Below are positions 10,340-19,638 of a stretch of DNA of 64,000 nucleotides, one piece after another (position 1 is the stretch's first letter; every line of letters begins with the position of its first letter). The notes beneath the pieces are model-generated. The model ran no database searches. It was given only the letters and a program-made list of their open reading frames with translations, and was not told the DNA's origin. Both the position numbers and the translations under genes were made by a program. This stretch comes from Candidatus Eiseniibacteriota bacterium (GTDB lineage: Bacteria > Eisenbacteria > RBG-16-71-46 > JABDJR01), in assembly GCA_963762255.1 (NCBI GenBank), contig CAVXKA010000003.1, positions 352,001 to 416,000 on the forward strand, in the 5' to 3' direction.

Positions 10340-10780
10340 TTAGCTGCTTTCCCCCAGGTCGGTGTACATGGCATCGCCCAGGAGCGCAGTCTCCCGCGAT
10401 TCGTGCAGGCGCAATGCCTCGGAAAAAGTCGTCACATCGCGCAGGACAGCGGCCAGCGGTCCGTCCACGCACTGGCGGGCCCTCTCGGTCACGCCATCGA
10501 TGGCGGTCAGAAGTCTCTGATGATCGTCGAAAAGGCGCTGCATATAGGTCAGGAGATGGGGCGCGGAGTCCCCCACCACCTGATGGAGTCCAGCCGGACC
10601 TTCCTCGTGGGCGAAGTGGAGTTCGAGTCGGGCGCGCAACTCGTTCAGCATGGGGATCAGAATCTTGAGATCGCTCGTGCACTCGAGGCGGTCAAGGGTC
10701 TCCTTGAGCGCCTTGTGCTCCTGCTGGATCGACTGTCCACCCCCCGATCCCGATTCAAGACCGGTTTTGTGCGCTTTCAT
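10340..10780 (-). CDS. Hemerythrin-like (HHE) cation-binding protein, 146 aa
   Basis: H...HFAHEE...H...HESRE ligand pattern; ATG 10780 with RBS GAGGGAG. Confidence 0.8.
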   Translation of the reverse strand: MKAHKTGLESGSGGGQSIQQEHKALKETLDRLECTSDLKILIPMLNELRARLELHFAHEEGPAGLHQVVGDSAPHLLTYMQRLFDDHQRLLTAIDGVTERARQCVDGPLAAVLRDVTTFSEALRLHESRETALLGDAMYTDLGESS

Positions 10781-11129
10781 AACTCCCTCATCACCTTGGC
10801 GTTTGGCCGCCACAAGGCGGGGCCCGCCCCACGACTTGGGGACGAGTCTATCCGAATTCCGACAGATACTTGCACAGTTCGCCATACCCTCACCAATTCG
10901 TTTTCGCGAAGCGGCTGTTCTAGATAGCGTAAGGATGTAAAGCCGACCAAATTTGTAGGCAATGATCCAGTCGCCCCCTCTGGGTCGGATCCCCCACGTT
11001 CGATTTCGAGGTCGGCCTGCGCGCCGCACCACGGCTGGACCGGTCCAATCCTGGTAGAATTGTGGTCACCAACGAGATGGGATCGCAGGCAGCCCGCGCG
11101 GCTCGCCTGCCCGGCGGACATCACAGGGA

Positions 11130-14100
11130 GTGCACAGCATGCTTGCCAACGGGCTCGCTTCCTCGGCCTCCATCCCCTCTCGGGTCTGGATCCTCGGCGC
11201 CCTGATCGGCGCCTTGGCCGCCGCCGCCGTCCCCGCCGAGAGCGCCATCACCGTCGGCCCCGGTCCCGCCCTCGGAACCGACCGCGCGGGCGTGACATGG
11301 TATCAGGATTTCCAGGACTGGACCCACTCCGACCTGCGGGCGCTGGACGACGCCGGGCTCGGAGACGCCGTCTACGCCTTCTCGGACGGCTACGACGACT
11401 CGCGGGACATGATCGCGTTCTACTACCGTGCGGAGGGCGACTATCTCTACTTCCGCGCCGACCTCTACGACCTCGTCCTGGGAGCCGAGCAGAGCAACCT
11501 CAACCTCTACGTCGCCATCGATTGGCGCACCGGGGGCCAGGCCTGGCTCCCCGACTTTCTCGATGTCCAGACCGACACGCCGTGGGAGGCGTGTCTCGCG
11601 ATCTACCAGAGCGGGACGACGCTGGGCTCGAGCTACAACCTCTGGGACGAGAACTTCAACGTCCTTTCCGGCGGGTATACCGGCGCCTACTTCAACTCGC
11701 AGATCGACGCGGTCGAGTTCGGCCTCCAGCGCGCCAAGCTCACCGCTCTGGGGTGGGATGGAGTGAGCGTCCTTCGCTTCCAGGTCTTCACGACGAAGGA
11801 CAACACCGAGACCTCATGCAGTGGCGGCGGGCGCTCCAGCGACATCACCGACAGCATCGTGGACGACGACCGGGGATGCTCGGACGGCGTGCTCAACGGG
11901 AGCATCTCGTCCACCGACGTCGCCGGGCTCGTCACCTACGCCTCCATCGCCCACGGTAACCAGTCGGTGAACCGGGCCGGGGACATCGGGGCTCACATCT
12001 ACGATCCGCAGTCCAGTACCGGCATCTCCGGAGGCACCGGGTTCCTGCGCACGCTCGATACCCACGAGATCTTCAAGGTCCCGCTCAACATCCATCCCAG
12101 CGGAACCCTGACCATTGCCTGCAACTGGGCGACCCGGCCGACGGGGCCGGCGGATCCACAGGACGGCCCCGCGTTCCTCGCCCGAATCCGGGAATTCGTC
12201 GACAACGATCAATCACAGAGCCCGGGTTCGCTCCTCGGCGGGGTGCTTGCCGAGCACATCCTGCCCTACTTCGAGGGGGAGGTGAACGCGGCCTCGATCG
12301 CGGTGACCGACAGCCTCAACCGCGCGGTCTACGGCCGGACGGCGGCCGAGGTGCAGGTGATGCACACGCCGGAGCGCGTGATCCGCTCGCAGTCGACCGG
12401 CTACTCGCCGCTCGACGGGCACACGTTCGAGGACATCGTCGCGAGCCCCTATGTCGCGACCTATCTCGACGAGATCACCCACCTCCATGGGTGGTTCTAT
12501 CCCGGCGAGTCCTGCCAGCCCGACCAGGGCTACCGGCACAAGCTGCACAAGATCAACGGCGTCTACTGCTTCATGATCAACGACCGCGAGGACCAGGGGA
12601 AGTTCGGGAACCACGACGGCGGCATGGTCATGGACACGCGCTACAGCCTGCTCCAGAAGTCGCTCTACGGAAACTCGAGCGAGATCGTCGTCGTGTTCGA
12701 CGACTGGGAGGCGCTGGCCGGGAAGTCGTTCGATCCCAACGCGGGAACCCCGATCCCCAACAACAACCCGAACCAGTACCACAACACGATCCGCTGGGCG
12801 GCCAACCATCCCTGGATCCGCATCTCGAACCTGAAGGACATCCTGGCCACGGCCCTTGCCAGCCCCTCGGCGTTCGTGATCGATCACGGCTTCCGGTACG
12901 ACCTCGGCATCCAGACCTACGAATGGCTCAAGCACGCCTCCGAGAACTCGTACAACTACTGGTACTACAACCAGAATGCCGGGTTCACCGGCAACGAGCA
13001 GGATTTCTACAACCTGGTGCCGGTGATCACCGGCCCGCAGGGGGACTATCACTCGCGCGGCGCCACACCCGCCAACGATGGGCCGCCGCTTCCGGGTGGC
13101 ATGAAGCACGGCGATCTCAACTCGCCGGGAACGCTCATGTACGAGGCGTGGCATGCGGTGGACGACGCGCCGGCGGGCCGACTCAGGGATCTCGGCGTGT
13201 GGTCCTACCTCGCCATGATCTACGAAACCGCGTGGCACGAGGAAGACCAGGTCGACTACTCCGACACCGACTGCTATGGCAACTGGATCCATCCCGACAA
13301 CTCGTGGGACGGGGTGAACACGTGGGCGTTGCGGCTTCAGAACCACGTCCGCGGGGCGGGCTTCTATTCCGCGGCAGCCCAATGGGCGGAGGATGCCAAG
13401 AACGGGTTGGTCGGGCCGGCAACCGGCGCCACCACGGCCGATCTCGACTTCGACGGCGAGAACGAGTACGTGATCCGCAACAGCCGAGTGTGGCTGGCGT
13501 TCGAGAAGTACGGCGCCCGTTGCGTACTGGCCGCGGCTTACGATCCGGTGACGCACGATGCGCAGGTGCTGGTGGGCGCCCCTCTGACCAATCCCTCGGC
13601 CCCGGGAGAGGAAGAGTATGTGGGGACCGCCGCGTTCCGTTGCTCCGCGTTCAAGGAGATGAACGGGGGCAGCTATGCCGACGCGGTGTACTCGGCCACT
13701 ACGGTCGCAGGAGGGTGGCGGTTCACGAGTCCCGACGGCGCGGTGGTCAAGACGATTACGGTGCCCGACGGGGGCTACGACGTGATCGCGGCCTACGCCG
13801 AGACGGTTTCAGGAAGCCTCTACGTCCGCCTCGGGCTGAACCCCAATCCGGGCGATCTCTTCCTGAACGGAGATGCGCACCTGACCGGAATCTACGACGG
13901 GACGTACAACACGTACACGCTGGCCAATTCCGCCGGAGGCGCGGTGCATCTGCGGCTCGGCGCCGCGAGCTTCAACGCATCCCCCGCCGACGCCGGCGCC
14001 AACCGCCGCAACCTCGCGCTGACCGAGCAGGTCGAGGTTTACGGCGACGGAGCGTTCACGCTCATCATGACTTTGATCCCGGGCCGCACCGAGACGACCG

Positions 14101-14402
14101 GCGTGACCGAGGCGGTGCGGCTCCCGGGCTTCACCGTCTTCGGGCCGTCGCCGTCACCGTCGCCGGCGTCGTCGATCCTGAGCTTCCGGCTCGACGAGAC
14201 CGCGGACGTCCGCATCGCGGTCGCCGACGTCTCCGGACGCGTGGTCCTGGTGCAGGAGTTGGGGCGGCGCGAGCCGGGCGAGACCTCGGTGCGCCTCACC
14301 CCACGAGGCACCGACGGCCGCGAGCTGCCCGCCGGCATCTACTTCGTGCGTGTCGACGCGGGGATGCTCTCGGCCACGCGCAAGTGGGTGATCGTGCAGT
14401 AG
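11130..14402 (+). CDS. Secreted GH57-like (alpha-amylase/amylopullulanase fold) protein with C-terminal FlgD-Ig/T9SS-type sorting domain
   Basis: Signal peptide; HGNQ, LNIHPSGTL, HTPERV and FDDWE resemble GH57 conserved regions; C-terminus ...GRELPAGIYFVRVDAGMLSATRKWVIVQ; start uncertain (11130 or 11139). Confidence 0.6.
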   Translation: MHSMLANGLASSASIPSRVWILGALIGALAAAAVPAESAITVGPGPALGTDRAGVTWYQDFQDWTHSDLRALDDAGLGDAVYAFSDGYDDSRDMIAFYYRAEGDYLYFRADLYDLVLGAEQSNLNLYVAIDWRTGGQAWLPDFLDVQTDTPWEACLAIYQSGTTLGSSYNLWDENFNVLSGGYTGAYFNSQIDAVEFGLQRAKLTALGWDGVSVLRFQVFTTKDNTETSCSGGGRSSDITDSIVDDDRGCSDGVLNGSISSTDVAGLVTYASIAHGNQSVNRAGDIGAHIYDPQSSTGISGGTGFLRTLDTHEIFKVPLNIHPSGTLTIACNWATRPTGPADPQDGPAFLARIREFVDNDQSQSPGSLLGGVLAEHILPYFEGEVNAASIAVTDSLNRAVYGRTAAEVQVMHTPERVIRSQSTGYSPLDGHTFEDIVASPYVATYLDEITHLHGWFYPGESCQPDQGYRHKLHKINGVYCFMINDREDQGKFGNHDGGMVMDTRYSLLQKSLYGNSSEIVVVFDDWEALAGKSFDPNAGTPIPNNNPNQYHNTIRWAANHPWIRISNLKDILATALASPSAFVIDHGFRYDLGIQTYEWLKHASENSYNYWYYNQNAGFTGNEQDFYNLVPVITGPQGDYHSRGATPANDGPPLPGGMKHGDLNSPGTLMYEAWHAVDDAPAGRLRDLGVWSYLAMIYETAWHEEDQVDYSDTDCYGNWIHPDNSWDGVNTWALRLQNHVRGAGFYSAAAQWAEDAKNGLVGPATGATTADLDFDGENEYVIRNSRVWLAFEKYGARCVLAAAYDPVTHDAQVLVGAPLTNPSAPGEEEYVGTAAFRCSAFKEMNGGSYADAVYSATTVAGGWRFTSPDGAVVKTITVPDGGYDVIAAYAETVSGSLYVRLGLNPNPGDLFLNGDAHLTGIYDGTYNTYTLANSAGGAVHLRLGAASFNASPADAGANRRNLALTEQVEVYGDGAFTLIMTLIPGRTETTGVTEAVRLPGFTVFGPSPSPSPASSILSFRLDETADVRIAVADVSGRVVLVQELGRREPGETSVRLTPRGTDGRELPAGIYFVRVDAGMLSATRKWVIVQ

Positions 14403-14433
14403 GGATCCCGCTGTGGCGCTTGCGCGCCGCAGA

Positions 14434-16251
14434 TCAGGGGCGCGGGGCGAGGTAGAGATCGCCGACCACGGAGGGCTTCTCGCCCACCGGGCCCATGAAA
14501 CTGCGCACGACGAACATCGCCCGCAAGTGCTCGCTCTCGGCGGTGAGCCGCATCATGGGAGCGGGTAACGAAGGACCGCCCGACGTGTCGCGACGATACG
14601 CGCGCGCCGCCTCGATCATGCCGTCCACCGGAAGGGTGAGCACCGAGTCGCCGTCGGCGAGGACCACGAACGCGCGCCGATCTCCGTCGTAGTCGAACAG
14701 GAATCGCCGGCCATCGGCTGCGAACTCCGCAGGGAGCGACCGCTCCACGCGGCAGGCGTATGCGTAGCCAGTGATAGGAACCGCGGTCGAATCCGCCTCC
14801 GCGATGAGATTCACCGACGGGCCCGAAGCGCCCTCGGGCAGAACCTCCCACCGGCCCACGTACTCGAGGCCCAGCCGCCCCATGGCCACCGACGCGGCCC
14901 GCACCTGCGGGGGGCCGTCCTCCAGCCGCCCCTTCGTCTCGTCCCCCACCGCCGGCGCCGGCAAGTCGCCGAACCACGGCCGCAATGTCCCCGCCCCGTG
15001 CACGTCCACCAGGTACTCGAGAACCCCGCTCAACTCGCGCCGTGTCTCGAACGAGACCGAATCGGCGGCCGTGGCCGGACGGATCGCGGTTCCCGTCCAG
15101 AGCCCGTTCGCGGTGAGCAGGTGATCGAGCCGCGCCTCCTGGCTTCGGCGCGATACCGCGTACGCACCCCAAGGTCCGAGAGATGTGACGAGCGCAAGCA
15201 CCGCGAGCGTCGCCGGCACGACCTTGATGTTGCCGGGACGGCGCACGGTGAAGTAGACGGCGATTGCGGCGAGCCAGAGGGCGAGCACGATCAGGAAGTA
15301 GCGGTTCTCGGTGATGCCGTACTGATCGACCCGCTTCCAGATCGCCAGAAGGAGCATGGCGATCGACGGCAGGAGCGCGATGTAGAAACCGCGCGCGTAG
15401 GTTCGCACCCAGCGGTTCTCGGGCCGGTCCTGGATGGGGTGCACGAGCAGGAGCGAGAGCATGCCCACCACGGCCACGCACGACACGAGGTACCCGATCC
15501 AACCGCTCGGCCACACCCCGGTGGCGATGATGCGCATCATGTAAGCGGTGAGGATCACGATGTAGACCGCGACGATCGGAGTGAGGATGTACTGGCTGAA
15601 GAGCTTGAGCCCGGGCGGGTAGTCCTCGCGGCGGTCCAGGGCGGGAAGATCGGCGGGCACTCCTCCCAGGAAGAACCACGTGTTGAAGACGAACGCGATG
15701 ATGACGAAGAGCCTCGGATAGATGGTTTCCTCGAAGTCGACGCCCAGCAACTTGTCGAGGGCCAGCAGAGCGATCGCGAGCCCGGCGAAGAGCACCCCGG
15801 AGTAGAGGGCCGATGTGAGCGCGCGCATGAAGAGCGCCCGGTTGAATTGCCAGAAGCCGTTGCGCTCGCCGGGGACCATGAAGGGAAGGTAGGCGACAAG
15901 CAGGTGGAAACCGACCGCGAGCTGCACGGTGCGACGGAATCGGATCCCCTCGGACCAGTGAGGCCAGAGCAGAAAGAAGGCGATCAGCACCACCAGCGCG
16001 ATCAGGTGAGGCAGGATGACGAGGCGTCCCCGGAGGCGCCGGCGCTCGCAGGAGAGCGTGACGACGATGAGGAGAGAAATACCGAGGGCGGCGGTGACCA
16101 GGGTGCGGATGAGATCGTCGTGGGGCGGGTGGTCGTCCATCGCCGCGACACCGGCGACGGCCGCGACGGCAGCCGAGACCAGCGCCGCCGGAAATCTCCA
16201 CAGCGTGGCCCGGGCACCGACGAGGATCAACTGCAGGGACGGGAAGCGCAT
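14434..16251 (-). CDS. DUF4153-family polytopic membrane protein
   Basis: About 11 hydrophobic segments; FWQFN, YILTPIVAVY, RVDQYGITENRY, SRRSQ motifs. Confidence 0.8.
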   Translation of the reverse strand: MRFPSLQLILVGARATLWRFPAALVSAAVAAVAGVAAMDDHPPHDDLIRTLVTAALGISLLIVVTLSCERRRLRGRLVILPHLIALVVLIAFFLLWPHWSEGIRFRRTVQLAVGFHLLVAYLPFMVPGERNGFWQFNRALFMRALTSALYSGVLFAGLAIALLALDKLLGVDFEETIYPRLFVIIAFVFNTWFFLGGVPADLPALDRREDYPPGLKLFSQYILTPIVAVYIVILTAYMMRIIATGVWPSGWIGYLVSCVAVVGMLSLLLVHPIQDRPENRWVRTYARGFYIALLPSIAMLLLAIWKRVDQYGITENRYFLIVLALWLAAIAVYFTVRRPGNIKVVPATLAVLALVTSLGPWGAYAVSRRSQEARLDHLLTANGLWTGTAIRPATAADSVSFETRRELSGVLEYLVDVHGAGTLRPWFGDLPAPAVGDETKGRLEDGPPQVRAASVAMGRLGLEYVGRWEVLPEGASGPSVNLIAEADSTAVPITGYAYACRVERSLPAEFAADGRRFLFDYDGDRRAFVVLADGDSVLTLPVDGMIEAARAYRRDTSGGPSLPAPMMRLTAESEHLRAMFVVRSFMGPVGEKPSVVGDLYLAPRP

Positions 16252-16272
16252 CGCACCCCCATCGCGTTCAAG

Positions 16273-16363
<91 letters not shown>

Positions 16364-16403
16364 GCAAGAACGCGCCGTTGGCTGAACCAAAAATGGGCAC
16401 GGA

Positions 16404-16433
16404 AAACTACCATACCCTTGTCCGGATTGGCAA
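16404..16433 (-). promoter_or_regulatory. Probable sigma70 promoter of tRNA-Ser(GCT)
   Basis: TTGCCA-18 nt-TAGTTT with extended -10 TG, ~40 nt upstream of the tRNA. Confidence 0.5.
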
Positions 16434-16461
16434 CCGAGGGGCAGGGCACTGCCGGGATCGA

Positions 16462-16809
16462 TCAGGCGGGGATCGGTTCGTGCATCTCGCCGTTGGGGTA
16501 GTACGTGCGGTCGAAGACGATCACATGCTTCGTCTCGTCCTCGACCATCATGCGCACCCAGTGCTTGGCGTCGGGCGCGATCACGTAGAGCCGCTCGCTC
16601 AGCCGCTCCGCGGCATCGTAATTATCGATAGGGACCCAGGCCCCCCAGAGGGCGTCCGTGCTGTGAACATGGGCGGTGTAATCGGATTCTTCCATCAGAG
16701 ACCGCAGCCCCGCGAACACGGTCTGGCAGTCCTCGGACTGAATGCAGATCGTGTAGTTGCCGCGGAGCGCGCAGGCCCGGTAGTCGCAAGGCTTCTGGCT
16801 CTTTCCCAT
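16462..16809 (-). CDS. Hypothetical protein (115 aa) between the two tRNA-Ser genes
   Basis: ORF MGKSQKPCDY... with GGAGG RBS; normal globular composition. Confidence 0.55.
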   Translation of the reverse strand: MGKSQKPCDYRACALRGNYTICIQSEDCQTVFAGLRSLMEESDYTAHVHSTDALWGAWVPIDNYDAAERLSERLYVIAPDAKHWVRMMVEDETKHVIVFDRTYYPNGEMHEPIPA

Positions 16810-16918
16810 GTCGCATCCCCCTCCCACAATTCCACCTTCCAGCAAATATTCTGCCGTTTCTTCGGGGGGGATCTCTAGAACCTAATGTCGATACGAGTTA
16901 TCTACAATCGACAATGAC

Positions 16919-17075
16919 CTGGGATGCTCCCGCTCGGCGCTCCGCGCCTCGCAGGAGATCCCGCAACCGCAATGCAAGACCTTGGCGGAGGGACTGGGAT
17001 GCTCCCGCTCGGCGCTCCGCGCCTCGCAGGAGATCCCGCAACCGCAATGCAAGAACTTGGCGGAGGGACTGGGAT
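16919..17075. repeat. 75-bp tandem repeat (2 units plus 7 bp) that re-copies the tRNA-Ser(TGA) 3' end
   Basis: CTGGGAT at 16919, 16994 and 17069; the units differ at one base and carry ATCCCAGTCCCTCCGCCA (minus strand). Confidence 0.92.
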
Positions 17076-17145
17076 TCGAACCCAGGGAGCCTTTCGGCTC
17101 ATCGGTTTTCAAGACCGACGCCTTCGACCGCTCGGCCATCCCTCC
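17058..17145 (-). tRNA. tRNA-Ser(TGA)
   Basis: GGAGGGA/TCCCTCC acceptor stem, TCGGT-CT-TGA-AA-ACCGA anticodon arm, variable arm, GGTTCGAATCC, CCA. Confidence 0.97.
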
Positions 17146-17342
17146 CGCAGGGGCCTTCGCCCACGAGGAACCGAAGCTTACCCCAGGGCGACCTCTCACG
17201 TCCCCGGGTCCGCGCCGCACTCGATCTGGTCGACGGTCGGGAACGCCTCTCCCCCCGCAACTTCCCGCGACGCGCTGCCCCCCCCCGCTAAACCGAAGTC
17301 CGGCGCGGAACTCCCCCTGCAGGTGTGATAGCCTCATCCGTC

Positions 17343-18089
17343 ATGAGCCCGCTGTATGACTGGGATGAGGGCGAGTTTCTCTCGCCCGAGGAGGAGAGGA
17401 TGATCGACGAACTCGAGGCCATGCTGCGCCCGCCCGTACTTCCGATGGCGCCCTACCCCGCCAAAGCCATCACGCTGGCCAGCGGCGAGATCATGGTCGT
17501 GCGCCAGGCTTCGGTGGACGAGGTCGACGCCATGCTGAGGTACATTCAGCCGCTTTCGTGGCTGAAACGTGACTTCTACGACATCGTGTCGGCAAGGCTC
17601 TTCGCAGAACTGCTCGGCTGGAAGACCTATCGTGTCCGCAACGAATACTGCCTGGTCGGCGTCATCGACGGCGTCTTGGCCGGCATCGTCAACGGCCGCA
17701 TGTTCGACGAACAGCACGGCATCAGCTACCACACGCTCGCGCTCAAGCGCGGGCTGCGCGTGGGCGCGCATCTCTTTGCGGCGAAGATGGAGCACCACAT
17801 CGAGTACCTCGGCCAGGATGAGGTGTGGATCGTCGCCGAGAGCCCGATCGGCCACCGGCGCTGGATGATCGAGTACCCGCTCGACACCAAGTTCGAGATC
17901 CAGCACGAGCTGGGCGGCGCACCGTCCTGGATGCTCTCCCGCGAGACCTACTTCAAGGCCAAGTCGCGATTGGTGAGCGGCACTCGCCCGGTGTCCGACG
18001 AACTCCTCGCCAAGTCCTATCCGCTCAAGGAGCCCGACCTGCGCACGATGCTCGTGCAGATCGACGACACGCTGGAGGCGCGGCTATGA
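17343..18089 (+). CDS. GNAT-fold acetyltransferase-like protein
   Basis: Motif-A-like RGLRVGAHL; ATGA overlap with the thiolase gene; start uncertain (17343 or 17400). Confidence 0.6.
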   Translation: MSPLYDWDEGEFLSPEEERMIDELEAMLRPPVLPMAPYPAKAITLASGEIMVVRQASVDEVDAMLRYIQPLSWLKRDFYDIVSARLFAELLGWKTYRVRNEYCLVGVIDGVLAGIVNGRMFDEQHGISYHTLALKRGLRVGAHLFAAKMEHHIEYLGQDEVWIVAESPIGHRRWMIEYPLDTKFEIQHELGGAPSWMLSRETYFKAKSRLVSGTRPVSDELLAKSYPLKEPDLRTMLVQIDDTLEARL

Positions 18090-19270
18090 GAGACGTCGCC
18101 ATCGTCGGAGTCGGATCGACGCAGTTCGGGCGGGCGCAGTGGAGCCTGCTCAAGATGATGGCCGAGGCGTCGAACGACGCGGTCAAGGACGCCGGCCTAG
18201 GCAAGAAGAAGATCGACGCGGTCTATGTGGCCAACATGGGCTCGGCGCGGAACAACCGGCAGGCCGGTCTCGCCAGCGCGCTGGTGGACCGCCTGAACCT
18301 CTACCCCGCCGCCGCCGACACCGTCGAGAACGGTCCGGCCTCCGGGGCATCTGCGGTCAAGAACGGGTTCTACGCGATCGCCTCCGGCATGTGCGATCTG
18401 GTGTTGGTCTGCGGCGGCGAGCGCATGCGCGAGGTGAACAATTTCGAGGCGACCGAGTTCGTCTCGTTCCTGTCCCACCGCTACGCCGAGTACGTCTACG
18501 GCATCACGCTGCCGTCGCTGGCCGGCATGTTCGCGCGGCTCTACATGCATCGTTACGGGGTCACCGCGGAGCATCTCGCGATGGTGGCGATCAAGAACCA
18601 CGCGAACGGGGTCCTCAACCCCAAGGCGCACCTGCGCGCCCCGATCACCATGGAGGGGATCCTCACCGGCCCCGACGCCATGATGAACAACCCGTGGGTG
18701 GCGGATCCGCTTCGCTTCTACGACTGCTGCCCGGTGAGCGACGGAGCCTCGGCGCTGTTGCTCGCACCTGCCGCGATGGCCAAGGAATTCGGCAAAGCCC
18801 CGGTCAAGATCGCCGGCATGGGCCAGGCCACCGACACCCAGACCGTCCACGAGCGGCCCGATCCGACCGAACTCACCGCGGTGCGGCTCGCCGCGGAGAA
18901 GGCGTTCAAGATGGCGGGGCTCGCGCCCAAGGACATCGGCGTGGCCGAGCTGCACGACGCCTTCACGATCCTCGAGATCGCGGAGAGCGAAGAGGCCGGA
19001 TTCTTCAAGAAGGGCCAGGGCCACAAGGCGCTGGAGCGCGGCGAGACCAAGATCGGCGGGAAGCTGCCGATCAACCCGTCCGGCGGGCTCAAGGCGCGTG
19101 GACATCCCGTCGGCAACACCGGCGTGTCGCAGATCGTGGAGCTGGTGCTGCAACTGCGCGGCGAGGCCGGCGACTATCAGGTTCCGAACAAGCCGAAGAA
19201 CGGTTTCGCGGTCAACTTCGGCGGGTTCGGCAATAACGTGCTCGCCACCGTGCTGCAAGGGGGGATGTGA
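18086..19270 (+). CDS. SCP2/archaeal-type thiolase-fold protein lacking the catalytic Cys
   Basis: VAIVGVG, DCCPVSDGA, ELHDAF, NPSGGLKARGHPVG; the usual E-x-A-C-A-S-G site reads ENGPASG. Confidence 0.9.
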   Translation: MRDVAIVGVGSTQFGRAQWSLLKMMAEASNDAVKDAGLGKKKIDAVYVANMGSARNNRQAGLASALVDRLNLYPAAADTVENGPASGASAVKNGFYAIASGMCDLVLVCGGERMREVNNFEATEFVSFLSHRYAEYVYGITLPSLAGMFARLYMHRYGVTAEHLAMVAIKNHANGVLNPKAHLRAPITMEGILTGPDAMMNNPWVADPLRFYDCCPVSDGASALLLAPAAMAKEFGKAPVKIAGMGQATDTQTVHERPDPTELTAVRLAAEKAFKMAGLAPKDIGVAELHDAFTILEIAESEEAGFFKKGQGHKALERGETKIGGKLPINPSGGLKARGHPVGNTGVSQIVELVLQLRGEAGDYQVPNKPKNGFAVNFGGFGNNVLATVLQGGM

Positions 19271-19271
19271 G

Positions 19272-19610
19272 ATGGCCCGCACCGTGGATGCCGCCAAGTG
19301 CAAGGGTTGCGGCAAGGTCTCCTATCCGATGCACTTCTACTGCCCCGCCTGCGGGGCCACGAAGTTCGAGCCGGTACCGGTGGAGGGAGAGGGGAAGCTC
19401 CTGACCTGGACGCGGGTGTATACCCTGCCCCTCGACTACTCCGATCTCTACATCACGCTCGGGATCGTGGAGCTGGACATGGGCGTGCGCGCCACCGGCC
19501 GCCTGGATATCGCCGAGCCCGAGATCGGTGCGCGGGTACGCGCGCGGGTCGGCAAGGTGCGCGAGATCAACGGCAACGATGTGACGGGTCTGATCTTCAG
19601 CACGGTGTGA
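19272..19610 (+). CDS. DUF35 Zn-ribbon/OB-fold thiolase partner
   Basis: CKGC...CPAC, GKLLTWT, then OB-fold; directly after the thiolase. Confidence 0.9.
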   Translation: MARTVDAAKCKGCGKVSYPMHFYCPACGATKFEPVPVEGEGKLLTWTRVYTLPLDYSDLYITLGIVELDMGVRATGRLDIAEPEIGARVRARVGKVREINGNDVTGLIFSTV

Positions 19611-19638
19611 CCGTCGGGCGCCGCGCGGGAGGGATACG

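Noticed and set aside
10870-10885. Possible sigma54 promoter TGGCGAACTGTGCA before the hemerythrin gene
   Set aside because: GG-to-GC spacing is 8 nt, not the required 10
8360-10927. 855-aa plus-strand ORF, and similar long ORFs at 20202-24251, 42121-45063 and 45109-47127
   Set aside because: All lie antisense to well-supported genes
16919-17075. CRISPR array
   Set aside because: Only two units with identical spacers, derived from the tRNA 3' end; no cas genes
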